Below, piece after piece: positions 25,602-38,501 of a DNA stretch of 64,000 bases. Source of the stretch: Phyllobates terribilis (taxonomy: Eukaryota); contig NW_027362761.1 in assembly GCF_046119375.1 (NCBI RefSeq), positions 334,862,001 to 334,926,000 on the forward strand, read 5' to 3'. Position 1 is the first letter of the stretch; each line of letters begins with the position of its first letter. Under the pieces are notes generated by a model. That model was not told the origin of the DNA, ran no database searches, and saw only the letters and a list, made by a program, of their open reading frames with translations. Made by a program: the position numbers and the translations under genes.

Positions 25602-28600
25602 TGTGGTAACTTGGCAAACACCTTTGACATCTTCAGCCAAGGCCTTTTAAGGCCAGCTAAAGCAGACAGGTGTTGTCTGTGTAACATACGTGGTAGTGGA
25701 ATCACTGTACCATGGACCGAGTAGAGCCTGGAGGAGTTTGACTAGGTGAACAACTAACTCTTTGCTAAAGCCCCTGATGCTGTGGTTAGACTGGGCTCCA
25801 GATGGACACCAGATGCTACTGCAAGACAGACCTCAGACACATGGCAGCTGACCTATGAAGGGGCAGATAGTAAGAATAGCCAAGAATGGGAAGGCTCAGC
25901 TGGTACAGGCACGGCAGGTGTACAGGAAGGCACGGCAGGTACTGGCTACCATGGCTGGCATACAGGAAGGCACGTCAGGCACTGACAGGTATGGCTGGTA
26001 TTCAAGCAGGAACGGCAGGTGTTGGCAGGTACAACTGGTATACAGGCAGGCATGGCAGGTGCTGGCAGGTATGGCTGGTATACAGGCAGGCACGTCAGGT
26101 GCTGGCAGATACGGCTGGTATGAAGTCACACACGGCAGGTGCAGACAGCTATACTAGAACAGGGGACCTGAGAACTAGCAAGCTTGCAGACATGCAGAAT
26201 GAGCACGTTGCTCTGACACCTGCCAACAGGTGGAGGTGCCTTTAATAATAAGTGCCTCCCAGTCATTGGCTAGGGGCACTCTAGAAAGGTGCTCGCTGTC
26301 TTTTTAAGAGACTGGTAGCGCGCCCTAAGTGCAGTGCCCCGTGATCTGCCAGAAATGTGCGCATACCCCAGGAGACTGCAGCAGCAGGAAGAAGCGCAGG
26401 CCGAGGGCCAGGCGGTGAGTAAATCAGTGTCCCTGCTGGGGGAGAGGTGGATGGGGAACACGCAAGGATACCGGCACTGCAGTACCCCCCTCACTTTACG
26501 CCCTTTATTCTTCAAGCCTGCAAGAAATATCTCCAGGAGGAGAGGGACATGGATGTTCTCCTTGGGCTCCCACGACCTCTCCTCAGGACTGAACCCCTTC
26601 CAATCCATTAGAAAAGAGATTTTTCCTCTTACCCTTTTAGTGGCCAGAATATTCTCTACCTCGCAGACATCTTCAGAGCTGATTGGAGCAGGACTGGTAC
26701 CCGGGTCCTTGAAGAAGGAGCTTAAGATGACAGGTTTGAGAAGAGACATGTGGAATGAGTTGGGGATATGTAAAGAGGCTGGGAGCTTGTGCTTGCAGGA
26801 TACGGCATTTATCTGTTTGAGAACCTTGAAAGGACCGATAAAATGAAGATCCAACTTGTACGAAGGTAGTTTGAGATGGACAAACTTTGAAGAAAGCCAA
26901 ACCTTGTCCCCAGGACGAAACACAGGTGGGTCCATACACCTCTTGTCTGCATGTCATTCTGAAGACTTTACCAATGTGGCCTCGGTGTCCTCCCAAATTT
27001 TAGAGAAGGCCTTGGTGAAAGCTGCTGCCGCAGGGATGTCAGAGGTAGTAGCTACAGGGAATGGAATATTTGGGTGTTAACCATACACAATAAAAAAGTG
27101 AGACTTAGCAGAGGACTATCTCACATAGTTATTATAAGAGAATTCGGCCCAAGGCAGGAGTTCGGCCCAATCACTGTGGTAAGCTTTGACGAAATGGTGC
27201 AAAAATTTGATTAAGATCTTGATGACCCATTCTACCTGGCCATTGGATTGGGGATGGATGGCTGAAGAGAAGTCCAGGGTTACATTTAGCAGCTTACAGG
27301 TACCACTCCAGAACTGAGATGTGAACTGGATCAGAAACTATATGGAGAGGTAACCTGTGAAGACAGAAGATATGCTGGATGAACTTCTCAGCAAGAACAG
27401 GAGTAGAAGGGAGACCGGACAAAACAGTAAAGTGGCCATCTTTGAGAAGGGATCCGTAACTATACTTCAGGCTTAAACTGGAAGATCAGTGATGAAGTCC
27501 ATAACGATGTTCTGCCAGGGAGCTGACGGTTTGGACAGAGGAAGTAACCGACTGGAGCTGTTTCGGAGTCTTATTCTGAGCACATGACGGACAGGCCGAG
27601 ACAAAATCTGCAATATTTTTGCACAGGGATGGCCAATAATGCTGAGAAATGAGAAGGGCAATTTTCTTCTGTCTGGCATGACCAGCCAATTTAGATGAGT
27701 TACCCCAATGAATAACCCAGCTCCTTTCTGGTTCAGTGACGAACATCTTTTCGGATGGAACCCGAGACAAGTCCACGAGAACAACAGTAAGCATCTTGGA
27801 GGACTCAATGATGTGTTGAGGCTGCTCCTCTTGGTCAGAAGACAAAAAGGACCTAGAAAGTGCATCTGCTTTGACGTTCTTGTCCACCATATGGAAATGG
27901 AGAACAAAATCAAAGCGGGTGAAAAACAAAAAACACCTAGCTTGGTGCGGTTGTGCAGACTGCAGATAGGCTAAGTTGTGTTCAGTATAGATAATTACTG
28001 GATGAACCGCTCCCTCAAGTAGACAGCGCCACTGCTCCAAAGCCAATTTAATCGCCAACAGTTCTCGATCGCCTATCGAGTAATTGTGTTCTGGAGCCAA
28101 ACAGGCTTTGGAAAAGAAACCACATGTCACCAAAAGTCCGGTAGGAGACTTCTGAGTAAGAATGGCACTGACCCCAAAGGAAGAAACATCCACCTCCAAA
28201 AAGAATTGCTTATTACCGTCAGGTCTGTGCAGCACTGGAGCTGAAGAAAAGGACTATTTTAGGGAGGCAAATGCGGTCAGCCTCCGGAGTCCATACCCTA
28301 GGGTTAGCACTCTTACGGGTCAGGACAGAAATCGGGGTGGTCCGAGAGGAGAAATGTAGGATGAACTGGTGCTAGTAATTAGCGAATCCCAGAAATTGCT
28401 GGATAGCTTTCCAGCCATCAGGAAAGGTCACTTCAGGATGACGGACACTTTCTCAGGATCCATCCTCAGTCCGGTCTTAGAGATGATGTATCCAAGGAAG
28501 GGAAGTGAGGTTTACTCGAAGACACTCTTCTCAAATTTGGCACAAACGGTTCTTCCTCAACCTCTACAGTACCTGGGGGACATTCCGCCTGTATGTGGGC

Positions 28601-31088
28601 AGATCGGTGAAGAACACCAGTATGTCGTCCAGGTTAATCACCACACAAGAGTAAATTAGGTCCCAGAAGATATCATTTAATAGTTCTTGGAAGACTGCTG
28701 GGGGACTGCTGAGGCATTGCAGAGCCCAAACGGCATTACACAAGACTCATAATGTCCATCCCGGGAGTTAAAGGCAGTCTTCCATTCATCCTTCTGGCAT
28801 ATTCAGATCAGGTTATATGCCCCTCGCAGATCAAGTTTTGTAAAAACTCTGGAACCACTGAGATGATCAAACGACTCTGAGATGAGAGACAGAGGATACT
28901 TATTCTTGATCGGTATCCTTCTTTTTAACAAAGAAGAATCCAGCTCCAGCCGGCAAGGATTACTTCCAGATAAATCCCCTTGCTAGGTTCTCGTTGGTAT
29001 ATTCGGATATGGCTCATGTCTTTGTCTGGGACAGAGGGTAGATATGGCCTTGAAGGGGAGAAGAACCAGGAAGAAGGTCTATCGGGCAGTCGTACGGCCT
29101 GTGTGGTGATAGCGTCTCCGCCTCCTTCTTATCGAAGATGTCCGTGTACGTCCAATAAGCAGGAGGCAAGCCAGATAAATTTGATGGAGTAGCTAAAGGT
29201 CAAACAGGACAAATGGGGACAAGACATTTCTCGTTACAGATCTGACCCCATCTAAGTACTTCTCCGGATCTCCAATCCAAGACAGTCTCATGTGCTTGTA
29301 GCCAAGGCAGGCCCAGGAGAACAGGATGGGACAGTCCTGGTAGCACAAAACAGGAGTTTACTTCTCCGAGTGAAACATCCCTACCCGAAGTTCTACAGGC
29401 TCAGAAATGAAAAGAATGGCTTCGGATAGAGGTCTCCAATCCACAGATGATACCACCAAACCACTCTGTAGACATTGGATGGGGACCTGATATCTCTCTA
29501 CCACGGCCTGTTTTATGAAATTTCCTGTGGAACCAGAGTCCAGATAACACCCGTTTCATAGAATCGGCTTGCCACAGGAAATAGACACTGACCCAGTCAG
29601 TGGGAGAGAAGAGTAGTTCTCACCCAAGTTAGCCTCTCCTTCTGGCCCTAGGCTTTGGAATTTCCCAGCTTCTCATGACAGGAGAAAATTAAATGTTCAG
29701 AACTGCCGCATTAGAAGCATCTTCCCTCGGAATGAAGGACCTCCAGAGGATGCTTATCCTGCTTCACATGGTAAACTTGAATAGATTCGGAGGGGATGTC
29801 AAAGCTGAGGTCTGCAGCATGATCGGCTTCTGGAAGGTAGGAGCCAAGCATATAGGTTTTTCTATATGAATCACCTCCTTGGAGCACTCCTAAAACCTGA
29901 GGTCGATTCGGGTAGCCAGGGATACAGGTCATGTTAGGAGGCAAGAACATCTCAACTGGCCAGTTCATCCTTAATCCTCCCAGGCAGGCCCTTTCACAAG
30001 GCGGCTACCAGCACCTTGTTATTCCAAGCGAGCTTAGAGGACAGGGTATGAAAATGGATGGTGTACTGGTCCACAGTGAGATTTCTCTGGCACAGTCTGA
30101 GGAGGGAGGATGCTGCGGAAGATACAAGTCCTGGTTCACCAAAGACCATTGCAGAAGGCCTCTAGGAAAGTTTGGAGGTTTGAGATTACGGGGTCCACTC
30201 TCTCCCACAAGGACTTGAGCCATGCGAGAGCCTCGGCACCTAGGTGGGACATGAAAATTGCCACTTTGTCCTGGTCAGATGAGAACTGATGTGCTAATAG
30301 CTAAAAATGCAATGTGCACTGATTGAGGAAACCGTGGCATTGTGTCAGATCTCTGTCAAATCGTGGAGGAGCAGACAGATTAGGTCCTGGACCAGGAACA
30401 TAACTAGTGGATTGGAGTGTCACAGGAGAGGTTGCCATAGCTTGGACAGGAGCAGATGCAGCCACAGATGTCAGAATGTCGAAGCGGGTGTTCACTGTCT
30501 TCAAACCAGACAGACCTTAGACACAGCAGCTGACTCTCAAAGGGTCAAGACGCTAGAAAGGCCAGGAATGGGAAGACTCGGCTGATACAGGTAGGTGTGA
30601 AAGGAATACAGGAAAGCACGGCAGGTACTGGCTGGTATGGCTGGTATACAGGGAGACACGGCAGGTGCAGGCAGTTTGGCTGGTAGATAGTAAGGCATGG
30701 CAGGTACGACTGGTGTAAAGGCAGGCATGGCAGGTGCTGACAGGTATACTAGGACATGAGACCTGAGAACTAGAAAGCATGCAGACAAGCAGAGTGAACA
30801 CGTTGCTCAGGCACCTCCCAACAGGTAGAGAACAGGTGGAGGTGCCTTAAATAATAAGTGTCTTCCAACCATTGGCTGGGGACACTTTAGGAAGGTGCAC
30901 GTTGTCTCTTTAAGAGACTGGTAGCACGTGTTCTAAATACAGTGCCTGGGGATCTGCCAGACATGTACATACGTCAGGAGCCTGCAGCAGCAGTAGAAAG
31001 CGCGGGCCGAGGGCCAGGGCAGTGAGTAAGTCGGCTTCCCTGCCAGGTGAGAAGAGGATGGGGATCACACAGGGATGCAGGCACTACA
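25602..31088 (-). mobile_element. Gypsy/Ty3 chromovirus-type LTR retrotransposon, decayed
   Basis: LTRs 25602-26481 and ~30505-31088; polypurine tract at 26482-26492; gag-PR-RT-RH-IN-chromodomain order on the minus strand. Confidence 0.9.
26482..30504 (-). pseudogene. gag-pol remnant
   Basis: gag PPRFDRDLTQCHGFLNQC; protease DSG at 29532-29540; RT (Y>N)LDD at 28624-28635; RNase H NYSIGDRELLAIKLALEQW; integrase GPF motif; chromodomain ~26525-26668. Confidence 0.9.
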
Positions 31089-31374
31089 GTCTGAGTGTTC
31101 AGACACCTTTGTTTTAAGTAACACATGTTTGTCAGGAGGTAGGTTCATCTTTCACTGGGCTCAGCTTCAACCAACTAATTATCTCCTTGCTACTTCTGAT
31201 TTCCATTCAACTTCCAGCATTCACTTGCAAGCTCAGTCTAGTATATGTAGGTGTTTTTCAGACTTACTAATTTGGCAATCAAGGTGTCGCGATTCCTCCT
31301 ATCAGTGTGTCTGGATGGCAGAACTGTCATTCCCTGTGTCCAATCTGTTAATTGACTGGTAGTTAACTGATTCA

Positions 31375-32691
31375 ATAAACGAGCTCATTTGGTTCTGTTA
31401 TCGGGGTTACCAAATGCTGAAACACTTTCCAGTTTATTTGTCAGTCATGTAGTTAGATTGCCTGGAATGAGGATTGATTTGTCATTTTCATCTGCTTACC
31501 ATCCTGAAACCAACGCTCAGGCAGAAAGGACAAATCAATCATTGGAACAAATTTAAGTGTTTTGTTGCGGCCCAGGAGCAGGACTGGTCCTCATTTTTAC
31601 TTCTTGCTGACAGTTGGGTCAATTAGTCCACTGGAACCTTGTCTTTTATTTTGCAATTATGATTTTCATCCCCATTTTGGTGAATTTTCTAGGATGAGTT
31701 CTGGGAAACTTGGGTACTAAATGTATTCGCCCGCATGAGATTCTCGAGGTAATTAATCCGATGGCCTTTAGATTAAGACTTCATCAAACGCTTCGCATCC
31801 CAAATGTGTTCCACAAATCTCTGTTAAAGGAGATTGTGCCATCAGTGATGCCTGCCTCGTCTCCACCTCCTCCAGCTTATATAGATGGAGGTTTGGAGCA
31901 CGAGTTGCAGAGGATCATGGATTCTGGGAGGGTCTGAAACTTTCTCTAATATCTTGTTCATTGGAGGGGAGACGGATTTGAGGAGAGATCCTGGGTTCCA
32001 GCTTGATCCGTAAAGGCTGATCGTCTGGTCAGGACATTACATCATAGGTTTCCTGGGAAATCTGGATGTCCGGTGGCCCCCCCTAGAAGAGGGGGTACTA
32101 TCATGATTCTTCCTATCAGTGTGCCTGGATGTAGTGAATGACAGTTCTACTTTCCAATCTAGGACAGGGGCATGCCGAGCTGTCAGTATAGTGATGAACA
32201 GCTCAGCTGTCCAATCAGATGCCGGGGCATGCTGAGCTGTCAGTGTTTCGGGTGACAGTTTAGCTGTCCAATCAGGGCCCAAATTTTCCTGTGCTTCATC
32301 CATGTGTCTCCTGTTTGGAATAATTACCTGCCTATTTAGCTAGCTTTCAGCCTTAGATTACTTCCAATTGTAGCTTTGCTCAAGAGGTGTGTGTGTGCTC
32401 TGTACTTATAGTCTAGTATTCTTATATTTGTTGCTCGACTTTGTATTTGCCTTTGACCTTGCATTTGCCTAGCCCTTTTGTTGTGATTCACTACCTTCTT
32501 GAAATTCTGAACCCGGACTGTGACCTGATTAAGCCTTTGTCTCACCTCTCTTTCTATGAGGTACCCTTCTGGCTTTTGACCTCGGACTTCTTGACTACCC
32601 AGCCTCGTGGCTTGTCCATGAGTAGGAACCACATCTCTGCTGCAAGTTCCAGTATGTATATATCTATTTGCTATTACCAGACTGCATGACA
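31375..32691 (+). mobile_element. Second Gypsy 3' fragment (integrase, chromodomain, PPT, LTR)
   Basis: SAYHPETNAQAERTNQSLEQ; HEILEVINPMAFRLRL; PPT agaagagggggtac before an LTR at ~32099-32691 ending CATGACA. Confidence 0.8.
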
Positions 32692-32904
32692 TTTTATGTT
32701 ATCCCTGTGATTAAGTGCTTCCATGCTAGAACATATCAGATTGTTATACATCCACAGTTCCCATGTGTATTCTCAAATCTGGCTCTGCTTCTTTTTCTTC
32801 CTGCTGTGTTTGTCTGTCTGCCATTCTGCATACCCCACTGTTGCGATCTTTGCTGACCCACTATGCCATTTAGCAGACCGGTTCCATTGCTCCATCACCT
32901 TAAA

Positions 32905-33435
32905 AGGGGTTTCCCACAAATAAAGTTAAATTTAAATCAATAGGTGTTGAAAAAAATAACAATTTCCACAATTGGATGCGTTAAAAAAATGTTCCTGAGC
33001 TGAGATAATCTTATTAATGTGCCCCTGCTATTTACTGTGTAATGGCTGTGTCTGACCGTGCAGGAACATGGTCTGATCATACCACATCTCCTGGGCAGGG
33101 GAGGAAGCAAAAGGAAGTATAGAGACAGGGATAGGATGGGATCACAGTGGATTTTTAATTTGAGGTAAAACATTGCTTAAAACCAGGCAGTGATATGTTT
33201 TACCTCACAAAAAGAATCGGCTGCGATCCAATACTGTAATGTCTGTATGCTCTCTTTTGCTTCCTCCCCTGCCCAGGAGATGTGGTATGATCAGACCATG
33301 TCTCTGTACAGTCAGACACAGCCATTACACAGCACACAGCAGGGGCACATTTATAAGATTATCTCAGCACAGGAACATTTTATTTAAACACATCCAATTG
33401 TGGAAGTTATTATTATTCCAAGATCTATTGATTAA
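32905..33435. mobile_element. T2-like foldback MITE, right terminus degraded
   Basis: TTAA+AAGGGGTTTCCC start; ~180-bp inverted arms 32945-33125 versus 33240-33415. Confidence 0.6.
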
Positions 33436-33762
33436 AATGTAGAGAATCTACCTCACCAGGTGAACCCGCAACAAAAGGGAGCTAAACCCTTATATGCAAT
33501 TCATTCTGAAAGGATTGGCATAGAGATCGGATTAAAAAAAATATCAAAAAATCTCTCATTGGGAATCCGACATTTTTTTTTTTATAATGGTTCCTTTGTG
33601 CAACCAGAATTTCTAAAGGTAATGACTTCTGCTGGAGGGGACATCAGCATAAAGATACAGAATTTTATAAAAACTAGTCCTACTGTTTATTGATTTTTGG
33701 AAAATTTTTGGATTAATTTCAGCTTCTAGGATAGTCTTGGCAAGAAATTTTAATAAGCTTAA

Positions 33763-34647
33763 GGCTATGTGCCCACGATGCAGAAATGCTCCGGATTTTT
33801 CCTAACCGTTTCTGCATCTCCCTGGCAGAAAAAAACGCATGCGGATTGTACATGCGGATTGTACATGCTTTTTTCCTGCCAGGGACAAGCGGAAGTGAAG
33901 CGTTCTTCACATGCATTTCCGCATGTGGGTTGTCAAGCACTTTCCAAGCGATTTTAGCATCACTTGGAAAGTGCTTGTCAACTTGGTCACACTATATAAA
34001 TCCATGCAACCGGCATGGATTTATATAGTGTGACCGAAAGAATGGTAAAAAATAAAAAATAAATATTATACTTACCTTCTGATGGCCCCCGGTGTCCTTG
34101 TCTTGACTTGCCGGCAGCTCGCGGTAGATTAAAGGACCAGCCGACGTAAGTGGTCGCGTGACCCGTCACATGACTAAATGACGCCACCGCAGGTCCTTTT
34201 AGTCTACCGCGAGCTGCCGGCAAGCCAAGACAAGGACATCGGGGGCCATAAGAAGGTAGGTATAATATTTATTTTTTATTTTATTCTTTTTTTTACAGGT
34301 TCTATGGTACCCGGGTTCAGAGGAGAGTCTCCTTTTCTCCAAACCCGGGTACCATCCGCACATTGAAACGCATGGCATCTGCATGTACAGATTCAGTGAT
34401 GCGGATGACATACGTTCCAATGCAAGTCAATGGCGGCGTAAACGCCGCATTTCCGCAAAATAATTGGTAGTGCTGCGGATTTTTCCGCAATGATAATCCG
34501 CAGTGCAAATTTCCGCAGTATGTGCACAGCATATGCGGATTATCATTGGGGAACATGGCAGACCTTCTACCAAGGGTTTTTTAAGCGTTTCTGCAGTGGA
34601 ATTGCTGCTACGGAAACGCTTAAAAAACGCATAGTGGGCACACAGCC
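33763..34647. mobile_element. PIF/Harbinger-type MITE
   Basis: TAA|GGCTATGTGCCCAC ... GTGGGCACACAGCC|TAA (3-bp TSD); internal inverted repeats. Confidence 0.8.
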
Positions 34648-36096
34648 TAACACTCTCCCTATTAATAGAAATAATCAGATCAGTATTGCACACTTTCACA
34701 CTGTAACAAATATATGCATCTGCCAATTGCAGATTAGTCTATTTGTTAACGGACTGGTTTCCTTGGACTCACTACTGTACAATGTTCACTACAAAATATC
34801 ATGACTTAAAAAAAATAATAAATTAAGTAAACTGGCTGCAGATCTAAAATAAGACATTCTTTCTAACAATCACTTCAAATGTTTCTCTAATTTATCTCCC
34901 TGTACAGAATGCATAAGAAACATAAATAGCATGTACATTCTAATACAGAGTATAAATGATCATAGCACTTGTAAGGTGCGCAGCGCAGTAGTCATTGGTG
35001 AGGGGCTGCAATTTTCCCACACCCTGTCATCCCATAAATAAACAGTGTCCCAGTTCCCATGTGCTTTAGGTGCAATGCAGTACACTCACATTCAGGCCAT
35101 ACATAAATCAGGGGACATTTGCTTCAAAACCAAAAGTTCAACTTTACTTAGTAGTCCATGTTTAATTGATGTTACAGCACGGAACATTTCCATGTTCTCT
35201 GTTCGCTCGGCCTGAGCTATCCCTTTGCTAATGGCTCCCATGGCCCTGGAATACTCCATCTGGCCCCGCAGCTTTTATGAGTCCTGTCCCACCTCCTTCA
35301 CATGTTTTCCTGTCAGGCTTCCCCTTGTGGGAAGGGAATAAGACACATTTCCCGGTGTCTAGTTCTGACCATAGGCCCCGAACATTGAAGGGATGTCGGC
35401 AGAAGACATTAGCCGACATTCTCAGGCTGTCTGAACAGTGCGCACTTCTCGTACCCTCCAGCCCTCTGGCCTTGAACGCTTTCCTTAACTTTCAATCAAG
35501 TCTCTAACTATCTCTATCTGACAAAAACCAGAAAATGCTCCTCTTTGTATAACCTTTCCCCCTCCCTTTCGGGGCTATTCTCGAACATATTAACTGTATA
35601 CTGACCTGCAAAACCACTTCCTGTATCTAATGTGCCCACAACTGAACCTTTGCATTCCTAACTTAATCTCTATATCCTAAGCTATACCTCTGTGGTATGC
35701 TAAACCCTGTACTTTCCCTATAAGCTACAAATTTATTGCATTATAGATCAGTCACATTACATCATAATAACTGCGCACCTTAGTGCCTATAATATGCTTT
35801 GAAGTTTCATGTTTTACATCACTCATACAATACAATAAAACCATGTCATAACACATATTCAAATACAGTTCTTAAAGACGTTGTCTTTAGGGAGAGAGGT
35901 ATATGACAGCTCCTGTCACACTCTCGCACACTCATACTTTAAACACTTATCGTCTATATAATTTCAATAGAATCTCAATAAAGTATGCCCACAAAAACTT
36001 GTGTCTTCCTATTTTACTATATTTTACTCTTTATAATACAAAATAACTTGGGATTTGCTTTATTGATTTTTTTTCATTAAAATATTAGGATATTTA

Positions 36097-36939
36097 CACT
36101 GTGTTCCAAATTATTATGCAAATAATATTTTCTCATATTTTCCCAAATTACCTATATGAATTGCAGTCATTGTAATTTTCCAATCAAATAACTATTAGAG
36201 TACAATTGAAAGGTTTTTGAACAAACTGCCTATGATAACAGTATATTTTTAAAAAAATAAAAAACTCAAACTGCACTCAAAATGCATGTTCCAAATTATT
36301 ATGTCTCATGCTGCACATAACACATCTGCATCACTGGCTGCTGTGGACATAAAAGGGGACAAACTTATGGTGTGGCACCCATACTCCCCTGACCTCAACC
36401 CCATTGAGAACCTCTGGAGCATCATCAAAAGGAGTGTCTATGATGGCGGGAGGCAGTTCACATCTAAGCAACAGCTCTGGGAGGGTATTCTGTCCTCATG
36501 CAAAACAATTGAAGCAGAAACCATCCAAAACCTGACAAATTCAATGGACGAGAGAGTTCAGAAGCTCCTTTCGAACAAGTGGTCCTATGTGCAAATGTAA
36601 CATCACCTAGAATAAAGTTTTGAGTTGAAAACTGTTTGATTTCAGTTTGTAATAACCTGCTAATGCTTATAATTTCAAAAATTACCATTTTTTGTTCTTT
36701 ATTAAAATGAAAAGGTTGAAAACTCTGCTGTGCATAATAATTTGGAACATGCATTTTGAGTGCAGTTTGAGTTTGTTTTTTTTTTTTAAATATACTGTTA
36801 TCATAGGCAGTTTGTACAAAAACCTTTCAGTTGTACTCTAATAATTATTTGACTGGAAAATTACAATGACTGCAATTCATATAGGTAATTTGGGAAAATC
36901 TGAGAAAATATTATTTGCATAATAATTTGGAACACAGTG
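36097..36939 (+). mobile_element. Internally deleted Tc1 (843 bp)
   Basis: TA|CACTGTGTTCCAAATTATTATGCA ... |TA with ~210-bp TIRs. Keeps the transposase C-terminus (SPDLNPIENLWSIIKR). Confidence 0.9.
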
Positions 36940-37775
36940 TACATGAGCAGTAACATTTTAAGGTGCTAGTTATTGCCACTGAGGAAATGGCCTGCTGTTT
37001 GCTCTTTCTTAGTGCCATCTCCTTGATACTTTGGCCCATTCCTAACTCCCTTGCAGGCAAACAAGGCACTTTCTAGATAAGTGGAATCCAAAAAAGGAGC
37101 TTGTCTCCCAGGAAAATGGATGACAACAAGGGCTACCTATATGATATGTACACCCTTGATGGAAGGCAAGATGAAAATCATCATGAATATTTATATGGCA
37201 TTGTAGCTACATATGTATAATGTAATATAATATCAAAAGGATTATCATAGCTGTAATAATAGCTACATTTAGAAGAATTTTAAATAACCAGATTTCTTAC
37301 TGAATATTGAACAATTGAAAAGAAGTAATTCCAGAACTCATAGTGGGGTAAAAAAAGCTTCTAAATTTTGATATTTGGTGTCAATTGAATGTAGGATAAC
37401 CTTGAAAAGGATCATCAGAGCCAGCGATATCTTCAAAACATCTCCATTCTCTGAGATACAAAGCAGCTTTTGCTGTCTTCACTGGCTTTGAAACAGAGGT
37501 GAAATAGAAGCATGTCGGAATTCAATGATCACCAAGAAGTAACGTTGCCAGAAATATAAAGAAAACAAGTACAAAAGTATAATTCTTTCAGAAAATATAC
37601 TTAATATTTGATTTTTATCTCCACTAGAATGAATCACCACAAACGTCAGACTTCAGGAGAAATATTAGAAAGTACACTTCTAACACTTCATGTCAGTCAC
37701 ACTGCATTTGCAAAGTTTCATCACTTATCAGACAAACATGACCATGAAGCAGTAAAATAATAGAAAACTCTTTAA

Positions 37776-37930
37776 CCCCTTTCCACCATAGCTAGTTTTA
37801 AACTTCCAGACCAGATCAGATTTTTCAAATTTGACATGTGTCACTTTATGTGATAATATCTTTAGAATGCTGCTATATATCATAGTGATTCTTAGATTGC
37901 TTTCTTTTCTTGACACATTGTACTTTATCT
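37776..37930. mobile_element. piggyBac-like terminal fragment
   Basis: TTAA|CCCCTTTCCACCATAG start; no partner end. Confidence 0.4.
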
Positions 37931-38010
37931 GTTCAAAAAGCCCGCAATGATGCCAGTTCGTTGAAGGTTTTTTGAACAGATATTCGTGTTTGAGCATCAT
38001 TTCTATATCG

Positions 38011-38049
38011 GCCTCCTGAGGAACCAAGAATGGGGAAACGCGCTGAGGC
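38011..38049 (+). ncRNA. Degenerate minimal hammerhead-like motif, probable third Penelope pLTR remnant
   Basis: GCCTC-CTGAGGA-ACCAAGAATGGG-GAAA-CGCG-CT-GAGGC: 5-bp stem I and intact core boxes; U16.1 is C. Confidence 0.5.
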
Positions 38050-38501
38050 TAAGTTTAGAGGCTATATTTTGGGACATCTGTCTTAACACCATCTGTCATC
38101 ATCTGAGATAAGTCTCCCATTGTTTATAACATCGCTATCATATGATTTGTATGTTTATACTTTATCTGTGTTAGGTTGCATTGGATTGTAATGCAACAAT
38201 TTGTTTAGTTAGAGGGCTATCCAGGGTTAGCGTCGGAGAGCCGCCGTGGAGTGAGGGCGCCATATCGCCAACTTTAACTAGGGTGAATAGCTTTTTTAGA
38301 TCCAGGGTCTGGACAGTCTATTTCTGTGCGTTGTAATATTTGGTCTCTAATTTTAGAGACTTGTGGGAGACTTATTTGTCTTGTTTTTATTGTAAGCACC
38401 TTGTCACTTTACACACTTTTGTCACTTATCATCTAAGGGCACCGAGAAACACTTGTAACATATAACATATAGGGCCTTTTTCTAATCCATTAGTTGTTAT
38501 A

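Noticed and set aside
35030-35995. ~1-kb non-repetitive block that looks like a retroelement UTR or LTR
   Set aside because: No clear TG...CA ends, TSD or coding motif could be established, so it is left unassigned.
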